Below are positions 12,089 through 25,749 of a stretch of 64,000 bases of DNA, in pieces; the first letter of the stretch is position 1; every line of letters begins with the position of its first letter. The DNA comes from Gonapodya sp. JEL0774 (Eukaryota). The stretch is from positions 1-64,000 of the forward strand of contig JADIIX010000130.1 of the NCBI GenBank assembly GCA_027604505.1. Direction: 5' to 3'. Under the pieces are notes generated by a model. It was not told the origin of the DNA and made no database searches. It worked only from the letters and a program-made list of their open reading frames with translations. The translations under genes were made by a program, and so were the position numbers.

Positions 12089-14902
12089 ATGCCATTCGCC
12101 GACTTGGCGTTGTCTAAGTCTTCTCCGCGCGAGGTGGTTGCTGCCTCTGGAGTGGAGATTGACACCACTGACTCGGGACCTACGAGAAACCCCAGTAAAG
12201 GAAGTTTATCGGGTCTCTGGACATCCATGGAGCAGCTGACGCTTCTTAGCTCTCCAGTGGAATCTTCTATGCAGACCGTGGGATCCTCCCCGACCGCCAA
12301 CGAAATCGACCTGCGAGGCACTGAGAGTTCAAGACCCTTCCAGTTTTCCACAAACACTATCCATCACACGGAGACATACTCAGGGCGCTACGCGCAGTCG
12401 GTGTCAGTTGGAAATGGAAATACCAACGGTCACAACCAACCGGAGTACGATCGGGCTTTAATTGGAAGACCGCGGGACGATGTCACATATGTAAGGAGAC
12501 GCCGAACTCTATTACGAAATTGAATTGAATGTTGACAAACTCGTAGCCTCTCACCCCCGAAAGCAACGACCCTACTTACGTACTTCTGCGACAACCGCGT
12601 GCGGTAGGGGACTGGCGTCAAAGTGACCAAGTGTCCGCAAATCCTCTGCTAATGCAATCTTCCGGAGGGATGGCAGGTACATTTCTCGTTGTGGAGCGTG
12701 GTGATTTGAGTAATGTTGTTTACGGAGGTTCGCCTGGCTATATTGATTTCAGGGGATCCTTCCCAGATGTACTCAGGCAACTTTTCCAATCACGGAAAGT
12801 ACGGCAGTTTTCGTGAGCATAAGGGGTGAGTATCTGGTCTCGCCGAAGTAATGTGTTGGTTGACGGAGAATCGTCTTCCAAATTGTCCTCAAACAGGTAC
12901 GCGGAGGAAGGTCCCATGGAACCCATGAACGACATGGCAAGGGGTAGCTTTCCACAAACAATTCCATTTTGCAGATTTTTTCAACAAGGTTATTGCTCCC
13001 GGGGTGACCGTTGCACCTACTTGCATATCACCAGTCCCGCCATCCCTGTTCCCACCGTTGCACCCCGCACTCACTCAGTTGGACAACAGTATCTCGTAGG
13101 GCAACAACAACTTCCATATCAAATGCTTCAGGCGACTTCTTTTAGCCAAATGATCCCTGGCTACACCTACGCTACGAATCAGCAGTATAATACGCCATTG
13201 GGCTTTGCATTCGGCGTTCCCAATAGCAAGATGTTTTCACCTCCCGTACCTACCCCACCAGCTAGAAACGATTCTCCGTCGACAGCTCCACCGCGCATGA
13301 AACGGGCTTTTTCGGAAGATGGTGAGAGGCATGTCGAATTGTGCTTGGGTGGTTCCCTCAATAATTCTTGTACACAGTGAACTCACGATATACCAACGTC
13401 AAGTTTGAATCTCTAATAGGAGAAATTTATTCGTTGTGCAAGGACCAGCATGGCTGTCGCTACTTGCAGAAGAAGCTGGAGGAGGGCATCGACAATCACC
13501 GTGAAGTTATTTTTAGTGAAATTTGTTCCAGTTTGGTGGAATTAATGACGGGTAGGCATTTTCTTGGTCGACTGGTTGCATTTTCGTAAGCCACAATATC
13601 CGCCGACCGGTTACAGACTCGTTTGGAAACTATCTTTGTCAGAAACTGATTGAAGTAGCCACAGACGAGCAACTATCCGCCGTGATCGACACGGTGGCGC
13701 CTGAAATAATTAGTATATGTCTCAATATGCATGGAACTCGGGCGGTACAAGTGAGAGGTCCACCCAACCTTGGAGGTTATTTTCGTTTGCTGCAACCAAC
13801 TCTTTGTTCGATTGCAGAAACTGATTGAACACGTCAGAACTCCTATTCAGGTATGTGTGACAAGTTTCAGGATACTGCACCAGGTTAAACCATCGACCAT
13901 TCTCAAACCACTTTTGCAGACTCGCGCGCTTGTTGCCGCCCTCAGTCAGAATCCCGTCGCTCTAATCAAGGATCTGAACGGGAATCACTGCATCCAAAAA
14001 TGCCTTACTCGTTTATCGTCCGAGAGCAACAATTTCATCTTCAACTCGGTGACAAAACAATGTATTGACGTCGCAACACACAGGCACGGATGTTGCGTCC
14101 TTCAGCGGTGCTTAGATCATGCCAGTGAATCTCAGAAGGTGCAACTCGTCACAGAGATCACCTACCATGCCCTCACGCTGGTTCAAGATCCTTTTGCGAA
14201 CTACGTCGTCCAGTACATATTGGACCTCGGTGACACTAGATTCACCGATGCTCTCGTGCGACGTTTCGTCGGGAACGTTTGCCTGTTATCAGTTCAAAAA
14301 TTCAGCTCAAATGTCGTGGAGAAGGTGAGCGTTTCCGAACGATCATTTCTCTTTCGAAGACACCCATCTGAAAGGGGTTTGTCGCACTTCAGTGCATCCG
14401 CGTTGCAGACCCTGAAACTAGAAAGTCACTCGTCGATGAACTTTTGAACAAAGATCGTCTCGACAAACTTCTCCGGGATTCATATGCAAACTACGTTGTC
14501 CAGACCGCACTGGATGCCGCCGATCCCATACAAAAGCAAAAGGTAAGTTGTGCACGTTCCCTTCTGAATTTCATCCCCTCATGACTGAGGTGTCTTCGAC
14601 AGTTGATTGACTGCATACGACCCCTTCTCCCGGCAATAAGACACGTGAGGATCTTATCAAACCTCAAATGGTAAAGTATGTGAGGTCATCTGATTACACA
14701 ATATTCTTGTCGGTAGACACCATACGGAAAACGAATTCAAAACAAGCTCAGTCGAGAGGCAGGGGTTCGAGATCCAGTGCCCACACCAGCTTCAAATGGA
14801 TTCAACGCTGTTCCTTCTCACCAAACCCTTGCACGATCTGGCCCTGGATACAACCTCCCCTCCTTTGCGCACCATCTCTCGTGGAGTGCATCTAGTTATT
14901 GA
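12089..14902 (+). CDS. Pumilio/PUF RNA-binding protein of the Puf4/Mpt5 type with an upstream CCCH zinc finger
   Basis: Eight PUF repeats (KDQHGCRYLQ, FGNYLCQ, MHGTRAVQ, LNGNHCIQ, RHGCCVLQ, FANYVVQ, FSSNVVE, YANYVVQ) followed by TPYGKRIQNK. CRFFQQGYCSRGDRCTYLH at ~12970-13026. The 5' exons are less certain. Confidence 0.9.
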
Positions 14903-15100
14903 GCGTCGAGAAAGATACCGCCAAACCCCCCGGTCGCTTCCTTTTTGTTTGTTTTTTTTCTTATTGCACTTAACTTCACGAAGAGAGTGTAGGAATGTCG
15001 GAGACAGGAGTATATAATTCATTCACACGGAAGAATCACGTTCAGACACAGGGGTATAATTTGTAATTATATGTAAGCGGATCTTAATGACATGGATCGC

Positions 15101-16932
15101 CTATATGATTCCTTGTCGAACCAAATCTGCAAAAGAAACAGAGTGAAAGCAATGAATGTGTCTGTTAGAGGACAAAAGCCAGATCACCCGAATCAACAAT
15201 ACGCCGTACACACCCTCATATGTCTTCCTGTTATAGACATTACCGTCGCCGTCTTCATATTCTTCCACAACTTCTGGATTAAAGTCTTCTGTCTTGTTCT
15301 TAGCTTTCAGTTTCTCCCAAAGCGCGTAAGCATCTTCAATGAGAGTAATGTCATGGAACTGTCGGGTGTTGGGGATACCCAGTGCACGCATCCCGTGGGC
15401 ATGCCGCCATTCCTGGAAATGCCGATCAAAGGCCTTTCGGCCCATATACACAAAGTTTCCACAAATTTCGCATGGATACTCGACACTCAGCCCATGGAGT
15501 TTGTAAAGCCAGTATCTGAGGACATCAACAGAATGAAGGTAAAAATTATGCTGGCCTTGAAGATTGACAAAATTCTACGAACGGAATAGGCTTGCCGTCC
15601 CAGCCAAGTGGTAACTTGAGTGGGTTGTAAATCTTCTCACCCTCCTCTTCTTCGACCGCAGCGATCTCGACATCTTCTACTTCCTCCTCCTACAAGAATG
15701 ACAGACAAAGCTTTTGATCACAACACCACAGGGACAGTCAAAACTGTAGAGTTGCAATAAAAAATAACTTACTCGTTCCACATCGGTGATTGTTTGCTTC
15801 CTCTCGACGTTCGCCTTGGTATCTTCCCGTTGAACGCCAAGAAACTGTCCATATGCTTTCAGTAGAGCCTCGAGCTCCGCTATAGGTTTATCTTTCGCTC
15901 TTTCGTGCCGCTCTTTTGCCATTCGCCGTTCCAGAACAAGCTTCGGTGTAATCGCCGCAATACCCTCTTTGAGCAAAGACTCTGCTGCCTTGAGATGCTT
16001 CTTTCCTGTAAGGTGCGCATCGTAGACTGTCCGTTTCGCGAACTGCTTCTCACACGCCGCGCAGAAGAGTTCCGATGGGTCGTCTTCTCCCTCCATGCGT
16101 TCAAATTCGAAGGGTTCCCATCCTACCACTGATTCGGACTCCCAGTCTGACTCAAATCGCCGCAGTGCCTCTTTCGCAACGTCCTCCACATTGGTAAGAG
16201 GAAGGGAGCGTTTTAGCCAATCTTCCAAGTACGCTTGGAGTGTTTGCAGATAACTTGAGTCGAAGCCGATGGTTCAAAACAAACTCTTTAATGAAAAGAT
16301 AAAATCGTGACCATATTCCCAAGGCGCACCTTTTGTACTCAGAGCTCCTCTTGAGTGATCGTTGAATTTCCTCAAATCGGTCGAATGCATCAATGTAGTG
16401 AACGTAAGAGAGCTTCTCAACTCCAGATAAGTTCATGTATCTATCATGAAGGGCATGAAGATCCAAAAATCGTCCGAGACCCTCCTCTGCGGTAAAAATG
16501 CCCTCAAGTTCGAGCTCTTCTTGTTCGAGGTCACGACGCTGAAACTCCAATTCCATTGGCTCCACCACTTCATTTGGATGTCTTCTATGAGCGTCTTTGA
16601 TGGATTTCAGCCTGTTGTAGAACTCCGTGAACTCGTTGGGACTGGACATCGCAGCAATTTCAACCTTGCGAGAACTTGATAATATGCAAGTCATCACATT
16701 GAATCTCAGAATAACAGGACAACGACGAGACCAACCCATCTTCATCCTTGTACAAATCCAACAGAAAGCGAGACCGTTCTTGTATGCGGTCAAGGAAGTG
16801 AGAAACTCTATGCTCCACGACCATCCTTTCCCTGTGACCCTTCGTCTTCAGCATCAATTCCTGTACAACCGCATCTTCTACGCGTTCAGTCTCTTCGTGA
16901 GTTCGTCGAAGAAGCTCCAACTGGCCTTCCAT
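15101..16932 (-). CDS. SF3A3: Splicing factor 3A subunit 3 (Prp9/SAP61), multi-exon
   Basis: [34 protein letters not shown]; zinc finger [76 protein letters not shown]. Confidence 0.95.
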
Positions 16933-17033
16933 GAAAATAATGATTCCGAGGTACAAATTTTGTGACAAGTTAGTGGACCGCCCCCCGAGTCACCGCAGCA
17001 ACCACACTTCAACCCTTCGCAGAAAAGTAAAAG

Positions 17034-18974
17034 ATGGCCACGAAGGACGCCAAACGAATGGATGGAGACGAAAAACTTGTGTTCGAGACGAGCGAGGAAG
17101 TCAAAGTGTTCCCTACCTTTGACTCCATGAGTTTGTTTTCTGCGAATTCTGCTCTTTGCCCATGCACTGTGCCTTACCACCTCTTTTCCGTCACAGATCT
17201 AAAAGAGGATCTTCTGCGAGGCATATACGCGTTCAGTACGTGTTTACGGGGCACGGATGGGATTCCAATGTTCTTAGGACAGAGTTCCGCCGAACAAGTT
17301 TTCCCTGACATCTGCTTTTTTAATTGGCGGCTTCTCTAGACTTCGAGAAGCCGTCGGCGATCCAACAGGTGGGTTTTGGCTTTATTAAGGTTTCGTTGGG
17401 CGCGCCAGTAGCTCTGAGAGGTGGCGAATGAAGTCATTTCCCTCTGGACGTGGTTCCCCTCGTAACAGTTTGTTTTTTCTTGGGGGATCCTTGCATGCTT
17501 TCGTCTCAATTCATTCCGCCACCTCCCCTGCATGTTGAATGTTTCTATTATCTGGATCCTTCCAGAGGTCCATCGTCCCCATGATCAAAGGTCGTGATGT
17601 CATCGCACAGGCTCAATCTGGCACCGGAAAGACTGCCACGTTCAGTATCGCAATCCTCCAAAATATCGATACTGCAATTCGTGAAACGCAAGCTCTGGTT
17701 CTCTCCCCGACTCGCGAGCTCGCCCAGCAAATCCAGACTGTGTGTTTGGCGCTCGGTGACTACATGAGTGTCCAATGCCACGCCTGTATCGGTGGAACCA
17801 ATGTAGGCGAGGACATTCGTAAGCTTGAGTATGGGCAACACATTGTCTCTGGCACGCCGGGCCGGGTGTTCGACATGATTCGGAGGCGGCACCTGCGCCC
17901 TAAGCGAATCAAGATGCTTGTGCTGGATGAAGCAGACGAGATGCTATCTAAGGGGTTCAAGGAGCAGATTTATGACATCTACCGGCACCTTGCACCTTCC
18001 ACGCAAGTTGTGCTTGTGTCCGCCACTTTGCCGCACGATGTCTTGGAGATGACTACAAAGGTGGGATTAAACGGCACCCACGATGACCTGTGATGTACCT
18101 CGTACTCATTTTGCTGCGTCGCAGTTCATGACGGAGCCTATCCGGGTTTTGGTGAAACGTGATGAGTTGACGCTCGAAGGAATCAAGCAATTCTTCGTGG
18201 CCGTTGACAAGGAAGAATGGAAGTTCGACACATTGTGTGACCTCTACGATACTCTGACGATCACCCAGGCAGTCATCTTTTGCAACACCAAGAAAAAGGT
18301 AGGCACGATAGAGCAGTACCGCCAGGTCGAGTACTTCAGTCGTTCGATTGTGTAATTTTCTCACAGGTGGACGAGCTCACTACAAAAATGCGAGAGGCTA
18401 ACTTCACGGTTTCGTCTATGCACGGTGATATGCCACAAAAGGAGAGAGACGCCATCATGAATGAGTTCCGCCAGACAAAGAGGTACCAATGAAACTCTCT
18501 TACTTCGTATCTCGCTTATCTGACATCTCAACATTGTACGTCGCCCGTCATTTGATGTAGTCGTGTCTTGATCACAACTGATGTCTGGGCGAGAGGGATC
18601 GATGTTTCGCAAGTGTCGCTTGTGTGAGTTACATGTATGGTCACATCACCGTGTAGTGCTTTTCGCCAACAATTGAATCTTCTGTATGAATATTGTCTAA
18701 TTTCAGCATCAATTATGATCTTCCCATCAATCGCGAGAACTATATCCACCGTATCGGTCGATCAGGGCGATTCGGAAGGAAAGGTGTTGCGATCAATTTC
18801 GTCAAGCAAGATGACATTCGGATTCTGCGGGACATTGAACAATTCTACTCAACCCAGGTTTGTCACTGCCTTTGCATTGAATTCGTGCTTGGGATTGTTT
18901 CAAAACCAGAGTGAGCTGATCCTACTGTTACACAGATTGATGAAATGCCGATGAACGTCGCCGACTTGGTTTGA
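17034..18974 (+). CDS. FAL1: DEAD-box helicase eIF4A-III (exon junction complex core / Fal1), multi-exon
   Basis: [99 protein letters not shown]. Confidence 0.95.
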
Positions 18975-19070
18975 ACTTCGGAGTAGGCAAATAGAGGGAA
19001 ACAGATTCACCTTGTTGATTACTTCTAGTAGTTCTGTGCAACCGGGACATTGAAGACAATAAAACATTAA

Positions 19071-19939
19071 CTAGTATTTGATGATTCTCTGAGAAAGGAG
19101 TTGCAGCAATACTGGTACAGCACTTGCAACGAATATGGTTACAACGGTGAATGCAACAGAAGCAGAAATGGAAATGGGGAGGAGCAGTGCATTTGTCACC
19201 ACATACGAAGCCGTGGCGGCTGCGACCAGATAGATCGTTCCTAGCGAGACGAGATACCGCGTAACTCCAGGGCCAACAGAAAAACATTCGATAGCAAAAG
19301 CCATCCATGCAAACACTTGATACCAATTGGAGAGTCGTGATGCGAGGAGGACGGCTGCGAATATGCCGCAATTTAGGGAGAGAGGGTCTCGCGTAAAGAG
19401 GGCATCCCCTCTTGTTTCGTAATCATGTGATGCAAAGTTGACAAGGAGAAGGATAAAGGATATCGCGATGACCGAATCGGTGGCGACGTCTTGGGTAAGA
19501 TGAACCAGGACTAATGGATGCATTGTAACCGTGTTCTGTTGTAAAGCCGGTGGGAACAGACCTCACCGGGGGACAATATCAAGATAACAACGATAATGAC
19601 TATGGAACGATGGAGAATGTCCGTCACTGGAAGAGAGCCGAAGTCCACAAGCAAGTAAAGCGAACAGCTAGCGAATATGCCTGTTCCGAAAAGTAAATTC
19701 GATGGAGAGATCCATTCGTAGTACATATGGAGAAAAATTGCGACAAGAAACGTGATGCGTGATAGATGGATTGAGATGGGGAGTGCATGCAATGCGTTCA
19801 GGAGGAATGAGGGGGTAGACCCATTGGAGATGGGATCCCGGCACTGACGTAAAGCGTAAGGTGGCATGTAGTTGTCCGGAACAGCAAGACGCCGCCAAAG
19901 TTGGGGATACCAGGATTTCGTGGGGAAAGAATTATCCAT
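19071..19939 (-). CDS. GPI2: GPI-GlcNAc transferase subunit PIG-C/Gpi2
   Basis: W.RL..PDNY N-terminal motif; LSP|VLVHLTQDVATDSV; HDY; LSLNCGIFAAVLLASRL. Multi-pass hydrophobic protein. Confidence 0.85.
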
Positions 19940-20011
19940 CCAAGGGAAAGTAATGCACACACTCGAATTGTGTGCATTCACTCGCACTGTTGGAGAAACG
20001 GAACGCCTCAA

Positions 20012-22474
20012 ATGGCCGAGTCCGCTGGCCCGCCTATGACGGCATTCCCAGCGATAACGTCGCCGCTAACGGTGATGGCAACCCCTGAAACTGAATCACT
20101 CCCAATTGTCGCTCCAATCCAGGGGGTGACTTCAAACCTCCCCCTCGACCCATTAATCATCGAGGCCGCACTAAAAGATTTCAAAGACAAACTTTTTGTG
20201 ACCAAGGTGGAAAATGACTTTCTTGCTCTACTTTCGGAGGCCAAGTGCGTCGCATAGTCAGTCACAGAGAATCTCACAGCAAGAGTTGTGGATGTGTATC
20301 ATTACGTTCCCTCACTGATCACCCACTTTGTTTTGGGACTTCACTTCATTTTAGGCGGGATGGGCTGGTGTATACGATGCTCTCCTCCTTCCACCGCCTC
20401 CTAATTCACAGAATCGCCGACTATTACAGCCTCTCCCACCGGTACGAGAGGTCGCGCGATACGCTTATCGTCGCGCGAAAAATTGATTCAGTAATGTGCG
20501 TGATGTGGCACGATGTTGAAATCGTGCGAGGGTGGACCACATCGAAGTGTCCACGAACCTTTGGCTGTGCGCTGCACTTTCTGTGTGTTACGACTTTGTT
20601 GGATTTGACCTTAACCTTGAGCCCCTTCACCCTGCGTCTTCTCAAAGACCTCCCATCCGAATTATCGACATTGTAGTTTCCAACGCCAGTTCCGCACCTC
20701 CTGCAGTCGCAGAACCGCCTGAGGAGCCACGCTCCACGCAAAATGGTGACCTGCTCACAGAAAGCCATGGTGGAGATCCAAGCAAGCCGCGGTCAGGATC
20801 GTCGGATGATGAAAAGGAGAATGAGAAAGACTGCGAGAAGACCAGCGATCCAATCAAGTCTGCATCTGCTGGTCCAGATCAAAGGTGAGCCACCCGTCAC
20901 CCGAATCTCGTTGATATCTGTTGAGTCTGAGATAGAGTTACCGGGGGTGATGATCTCACGGCCTGCTATGTAGTTCGGTGGCACTCGCAGCACAAGTCCG
21001 TATCATGCGTCGGGAGGGTAACAATCGCTCTCCATCTGTGGACAAGGACGACCAGAGCGTGGTGTCAGGTGACGGTACCGCAGGTACCGGCAATGGGACA
21101 AATGGCCGGGGGTCCCAATCGAGGTCAATCGAGGAGCGTGAGCGCGCGTATCAAGAAGCCCGGGCGAGAATATTCAAGGAAGATGCCACGACTGGAAATG
21201 ACACGGTAGATGCTTCTACGGGTGCTGGCAGTCAAGCGGGGCAGGCTACGCAGTCTGTTGGTGCCTTCAGTTCGTCACTGGCAAGTAACTCTCAGTCACT
21301 CGCACAAACCTCTGGGGTTAGTCGCAATCGCAGCCACTTACACAATTCAGAGCCTGCCGGTGGTCCGGTAGGCACTGCAACGTACGCACCTCATCTGCAA
21401 AAACCAATCCCTTGGACAAACGGGACGGACCACGGATATCCATTTCAAAGTGTTCGTCCCTTTCCTCGACCTGGTACCTTTGGCTACACCCCTATCTATC
21501 CTGCTGGAGGGTTTGTTGGGACGGACATGGACTCGGCACCCCTTTTGTATAGCCAACCTTATTCTTTCCCGTCTGCCCCGCAGACAGCCATCGAACCTTC
21601 GTCGGTTTCAGGGAATACACGAGACCTGGGACGTAGTGGACAGGTGAATTCTTCGTCACCAGGATTCGGAGTGGGCAACACCGGCGTATCCGGCCGGAAG
21701 GCCAAGTTTCGGAACAATGAGGGTGAACAATTCCAGGCTTACGGGCAGCAAAATCAGCAAATCGAGCAACGAATAGGCCCTTCCGCATCCCGGCAGGCTC
21801 AAGGCGGTGGGAAGCGCTATTCAGGGGGCAATGGAGCAGGTGCACGATCTTGGTCCCAGCAGCCAACGAATCCTCAATACCGTATGCCACTACCCCATGG
21901 CCCCGATGGAACAGGCGCATTGCAGGCTGGTGCTGTGCTCGGAGGAGTGTCTATGCCTGGACAGGTACCGTCGCACCCAGGCTTCAGTTACCACGGTCTC
22001 CATCCCCCTCAACCATACTTCCGCTTTGCGGGACCTCCCACTACATACTACTACCCGGCATTGCCTGGAGATCCGTCCCTAACTCAACCCCAGTTTGCTT
22101 ATTCCGCATTTCCTGTCGATGAACATGGTCACCCACAACCATCTCAAATCCCACAACAGTTCGCCCTGCAACAAGCCGGTATGTCCGCCAGTTACCCTCA
22201 TTATGCCCAGCAATATTACGATCAAGCCAGGCCTCCTCTTTCACCTGGTGGAATGGCTGTACGTTTTGATGGAATTGGGACAATGGTTTACCCACCTCCG
22301 GGAGTCCCGTTGCTCTTACCTTCCCCACAAGAGGGAGCACCAGGTCCCGCACAAAACGAAATATCTAGTGGGATAACGACTAATGGCCAACATGGCCAGA
22401 GTGGACAGCAGAACTTCGCCGTTAATGGTGCACCTGATTTGCCAGCAGATATGAATCGACTGCGAATAGGTTGA
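20012..22474 (+). CDS. R3H and SUZ domain RNA-binding protein (encore/R3HDM-like)
   Basis: SSFHRLLIHRIADYYSLSH (R3H); VRIMRR...RSIEERERAYQEARARIF (SUZ); P/Q/Y-rich low-complexity tail. Confidence 0.85.
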
Positions 22475-22592
22475 AGCTACAATTGTAAATACATTCAACA
22501 TCAAATCGTACAGTACTCCAACAGCATTTAAATGACTTAAGCCACCATTACTTCCACTCAGGTTTTACTTCCTGCTCAGAAAGAATGGCAAT

Positions 22593-25299
22593 TTAGTCGA
22601 GCAACTGCCGGAATCGTTCCTCCATCTCCTTGTTGAGCTTCTGGTATCTCTCTCGAATAACGGCTTCACCCTCAATCGGGTCTTCGAACTGAGATTGTGT
22701 ATGAGTGATTCAATGAGTTGACTGTGAATATTGCTGCTGACGAACAAGCATCAACCCGAACCTTCATGGAAGAAAGCTTATACATGATGTCTGACATCGA
22801 TTCTCTAATCTTGGCCCAGGTGATTTGGTTACTCGATGCCTCAACAGCGTGCGTGGCCATATCATAGAAGCCCATCATGTTGCGAAGCATCCCGACTGTC
22901 TTGTAGAATGGGCAGAATCGATCATACGACGAGTACCCGTTTTGCTGTAGGAAATCTTCTTTGATGATCTTGGCGATCTCGAGGGTGATTTTGTCGGTTT
23001 CCGCAAGTGCAGACTTTAACGTGGAAATGAGTTGTGGATGATCATTGAAACGGCTCGTACCGATGAATCGACGATCTAAAGTCACAGATGCATACGCACC
23101 TTTCCGACAAGTTGCACGATTTCCGAGAGATCTTCCTCCATCTGCAAGATTTCCTTGCATTTCGTGCGAAGTGCCGTGAAATCAGGGTCGAACTGCTCAT
23201 ACCACGGGTCGAGGGCCTTGGTGTACTTGGAATATGATATGTTCCAGTTCACCGAAGGGAAATGCTTACGCTGGGCCAGTTTTTTGTCAAGACCCCAGAA
23301 GACTTGCACAATGGAGAGCGTGGAGGATGTTACACTGCGAGAATGAACATGAGGAAAGGACAAAGACACAAAGTAGCATGAACTGCTCACGGGTCTGAGA
23401 AGTCACCACCCGGCGGGGAAACCCTTTCGATGCCAAACTCGGTGAGGTCAGACATCCTCGGGAGATCAAGAACTAAATAACATCCACTCACGCTCCGACG
23501 ATGGTTACAGATCCGTTTCTCTTAGGGCTACCCAAGCAGATAACTTTGCCAGACCGCTCGTAGAAAGATGCCAGTCGAGCTCCAAGGTAAGCTGGGTAAC
23601 CAGAATCGGCGGGCATTTCTGCAAGACGACCTGAAATCTCACGCAGAGCCTCCGCCCATCGCGAAGTGGAATCAGCCATCATGGCTACGTTCAATCCCTG
23701 GTCACGGAAGTATTCGGCCAAAGTAATACCAGTGTAAATGGATGCCTCCCGGGCAGCTACAGGCATGTTGGATGTGTTTGCGACAAGGGTCGTTCGTAGC
23801 ATGATGGATTCCTCACGACCCTCAACCATCATTTTGAGCTCAGGGAACTCCATGAGTACTTCAGCCATCTCGTTACCGCGCTCGCCACAACCAACGTAGA
23901 CGATGACGTCAGAGTTCGAGTATTTGGAGAGGGATTGGGAAATGACAGTTTTCCCGCACCCGAAGGCACCTGGAATAGCTGTAGTACCGCCTTGCACGCA
24001 GCTGTTGAAATGCAGAGGAAAATTGCTCACTTTTGATTCTAACCACGATCTGTTGTCGAAGAAGCAGCGAACTGCAATGAAACTTACGGAAAGAGACCAT
24101 CCAACACACGCTGGCCAGTCAACAGCGGGTGATCACCGGCAATCTTTTCGGTGACCGGGCGAGGAGAACGGACAGCCCAAACTTGAAGCATGGTGTATTT
24201 AGACTTTTCGCCCTCGAACTCTAGCTCAAGCACGGTGTCCTACAATTGAGGGAAGGGCAGATACGCCATGTTGCTTGGATTTTGCAGTTATCGATCCTGA
24301 TTGGCAGAGATGCCACCGACTCACGGCAATAGTGTAAGTGCCCTTGGGGGCGATGTAGGTGATAGTTCCACGGGCTTTCGGAGGAAGGATAATCCGGTGG
24401 CGGATAAGGGTGTTCTCGCGAACGATACCGTAGATGTCGCCGCCGGTTATGTGGTCGCCGACCTTGTAGTTCTGTGGCTCGAACTCCCAAGAGAGCTTCT
24501 TATCGAGTGAGGGGGTGTTAATACCGCGGGGGATAAAGATGCCCTTGGCGATTTCTTCGATTTTCTGTAATGGTCGGCGATCGAGGAATCAATAATTGTT
24601 GAAGATTGTGCGGGCGGAGAGCAAACTATGTTGAACAAACTCTAAGAATCACACACCTTGAGGGGACGTTGGATTCCGTCGAAAATATCTCCCATGATAC
24701 CCGGACCGAGTTCGACCGAAAGAGGTTTCCCGGTTTTCAGTACGGGGTCTCCAACAGTGAGACCCGCTGGAAAGTGGAGGATGTGTCATGCTTCGTTTAA
24801 ATTCAATTCTCAGATGCCGGTAGAAACACTACTCACAGGTCTCTTCGTATACCTGGATGGTGGCCTTATCCCCCTCGATCCTGATGACTTCACCAACTAG
24901 CTCCTGATGTCCGACACGGACCAACTCGTACATAGCCGATCCCACCATGCCCTCGGCGACGACGACTGCGCATTTCAAGAGCAGAGGAAATTTGTGAGCA
25001 GTAAGGAGTGAGCTGGAAATTTTGAGTCGCTTGCCCTCCAAGCGGAGGTGCTAGCTCCAGGTGATTGAGGGCTCACTCACCGGGACCAGAGACGGAGAAG
25101 ATGTACCCGAATGCGGACTCTGGAGCATCTTCCCAGGGGCCCCTTTGCTTCGCGAGGTCCATAGCGCCGGCCTGGCAAGAAATGAATGTTTGCACAGCCG
25201 ATGTTTAGCATTCCAGAAATGTCGCGAGGCGATGGCGAAGCTCCACTGAGAAGCAGAGTAAATGGATGTAATGAACAGATTCTTTTTGCGACTGACCAT
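22593..25299 (-). CDS. VMA1: V-type H+-ATPase catalytic subunit A, multi-exon, intein-free
   Basis: Walker [73 protein letters not shown]. The first coding exon is ATG only. Confidence 0.97.
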
Positions 25300-25749
25300 T
25301 TTAATTGTGCTCTTTGGGATATTGGAGGGTGCGATTTGGTGTGCGGTCTGCGTCTGCGTCGGTCACTTGGGTTTATTATTGAGCAGTGTCGAACGGGCTG
25401 AGCCCACATACATCATATCCCCACCTCCTATGAAGTCTCTTACGACATCGTGTTATACGTCAAACTTTTTTTTTGTTACTTAATGTGTCGGTTCGGTGAT
25501 GAGGCCGAAAAACTCAATGACTGGGTGGTTTCTGACCTCCGTGATTAGAGCATAAAGTTCTCCCTATCTCAATCATGTTAAGTTTCGCATAATTTTCTTG
25601 TCAGTTCACATTTTGTTTGCTTTTACTGCTCAAAAAGTAGGTCTGGGGAAACGTCGCTCGATTTGTTTTGAGGTCTCTGGTTCTGGTGAGTCGTCGTCCT
25701 ATTTCACCCAAAAAGGTGGAGGGATATTGTCATCGCAGAACATCCGACC

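Noticed and set aside
17405..17530. TPP riboswitch or SECIS element in the eIF4A-III intron (CTGAGA, ATGA)
   Set aside because: The remaining TPP core (CUGAU...AAUxCCxGCG) is absent, as is SECIS geometry (ATGA-N11-12-AA...GA), and a SECIS would be expected in a 3' UTR.
23870..23905. VMA1 intein (PI-SceI type)
   Set aside because: The insertion site [11 protein letters not shown] is contiguous, so there is no intein.
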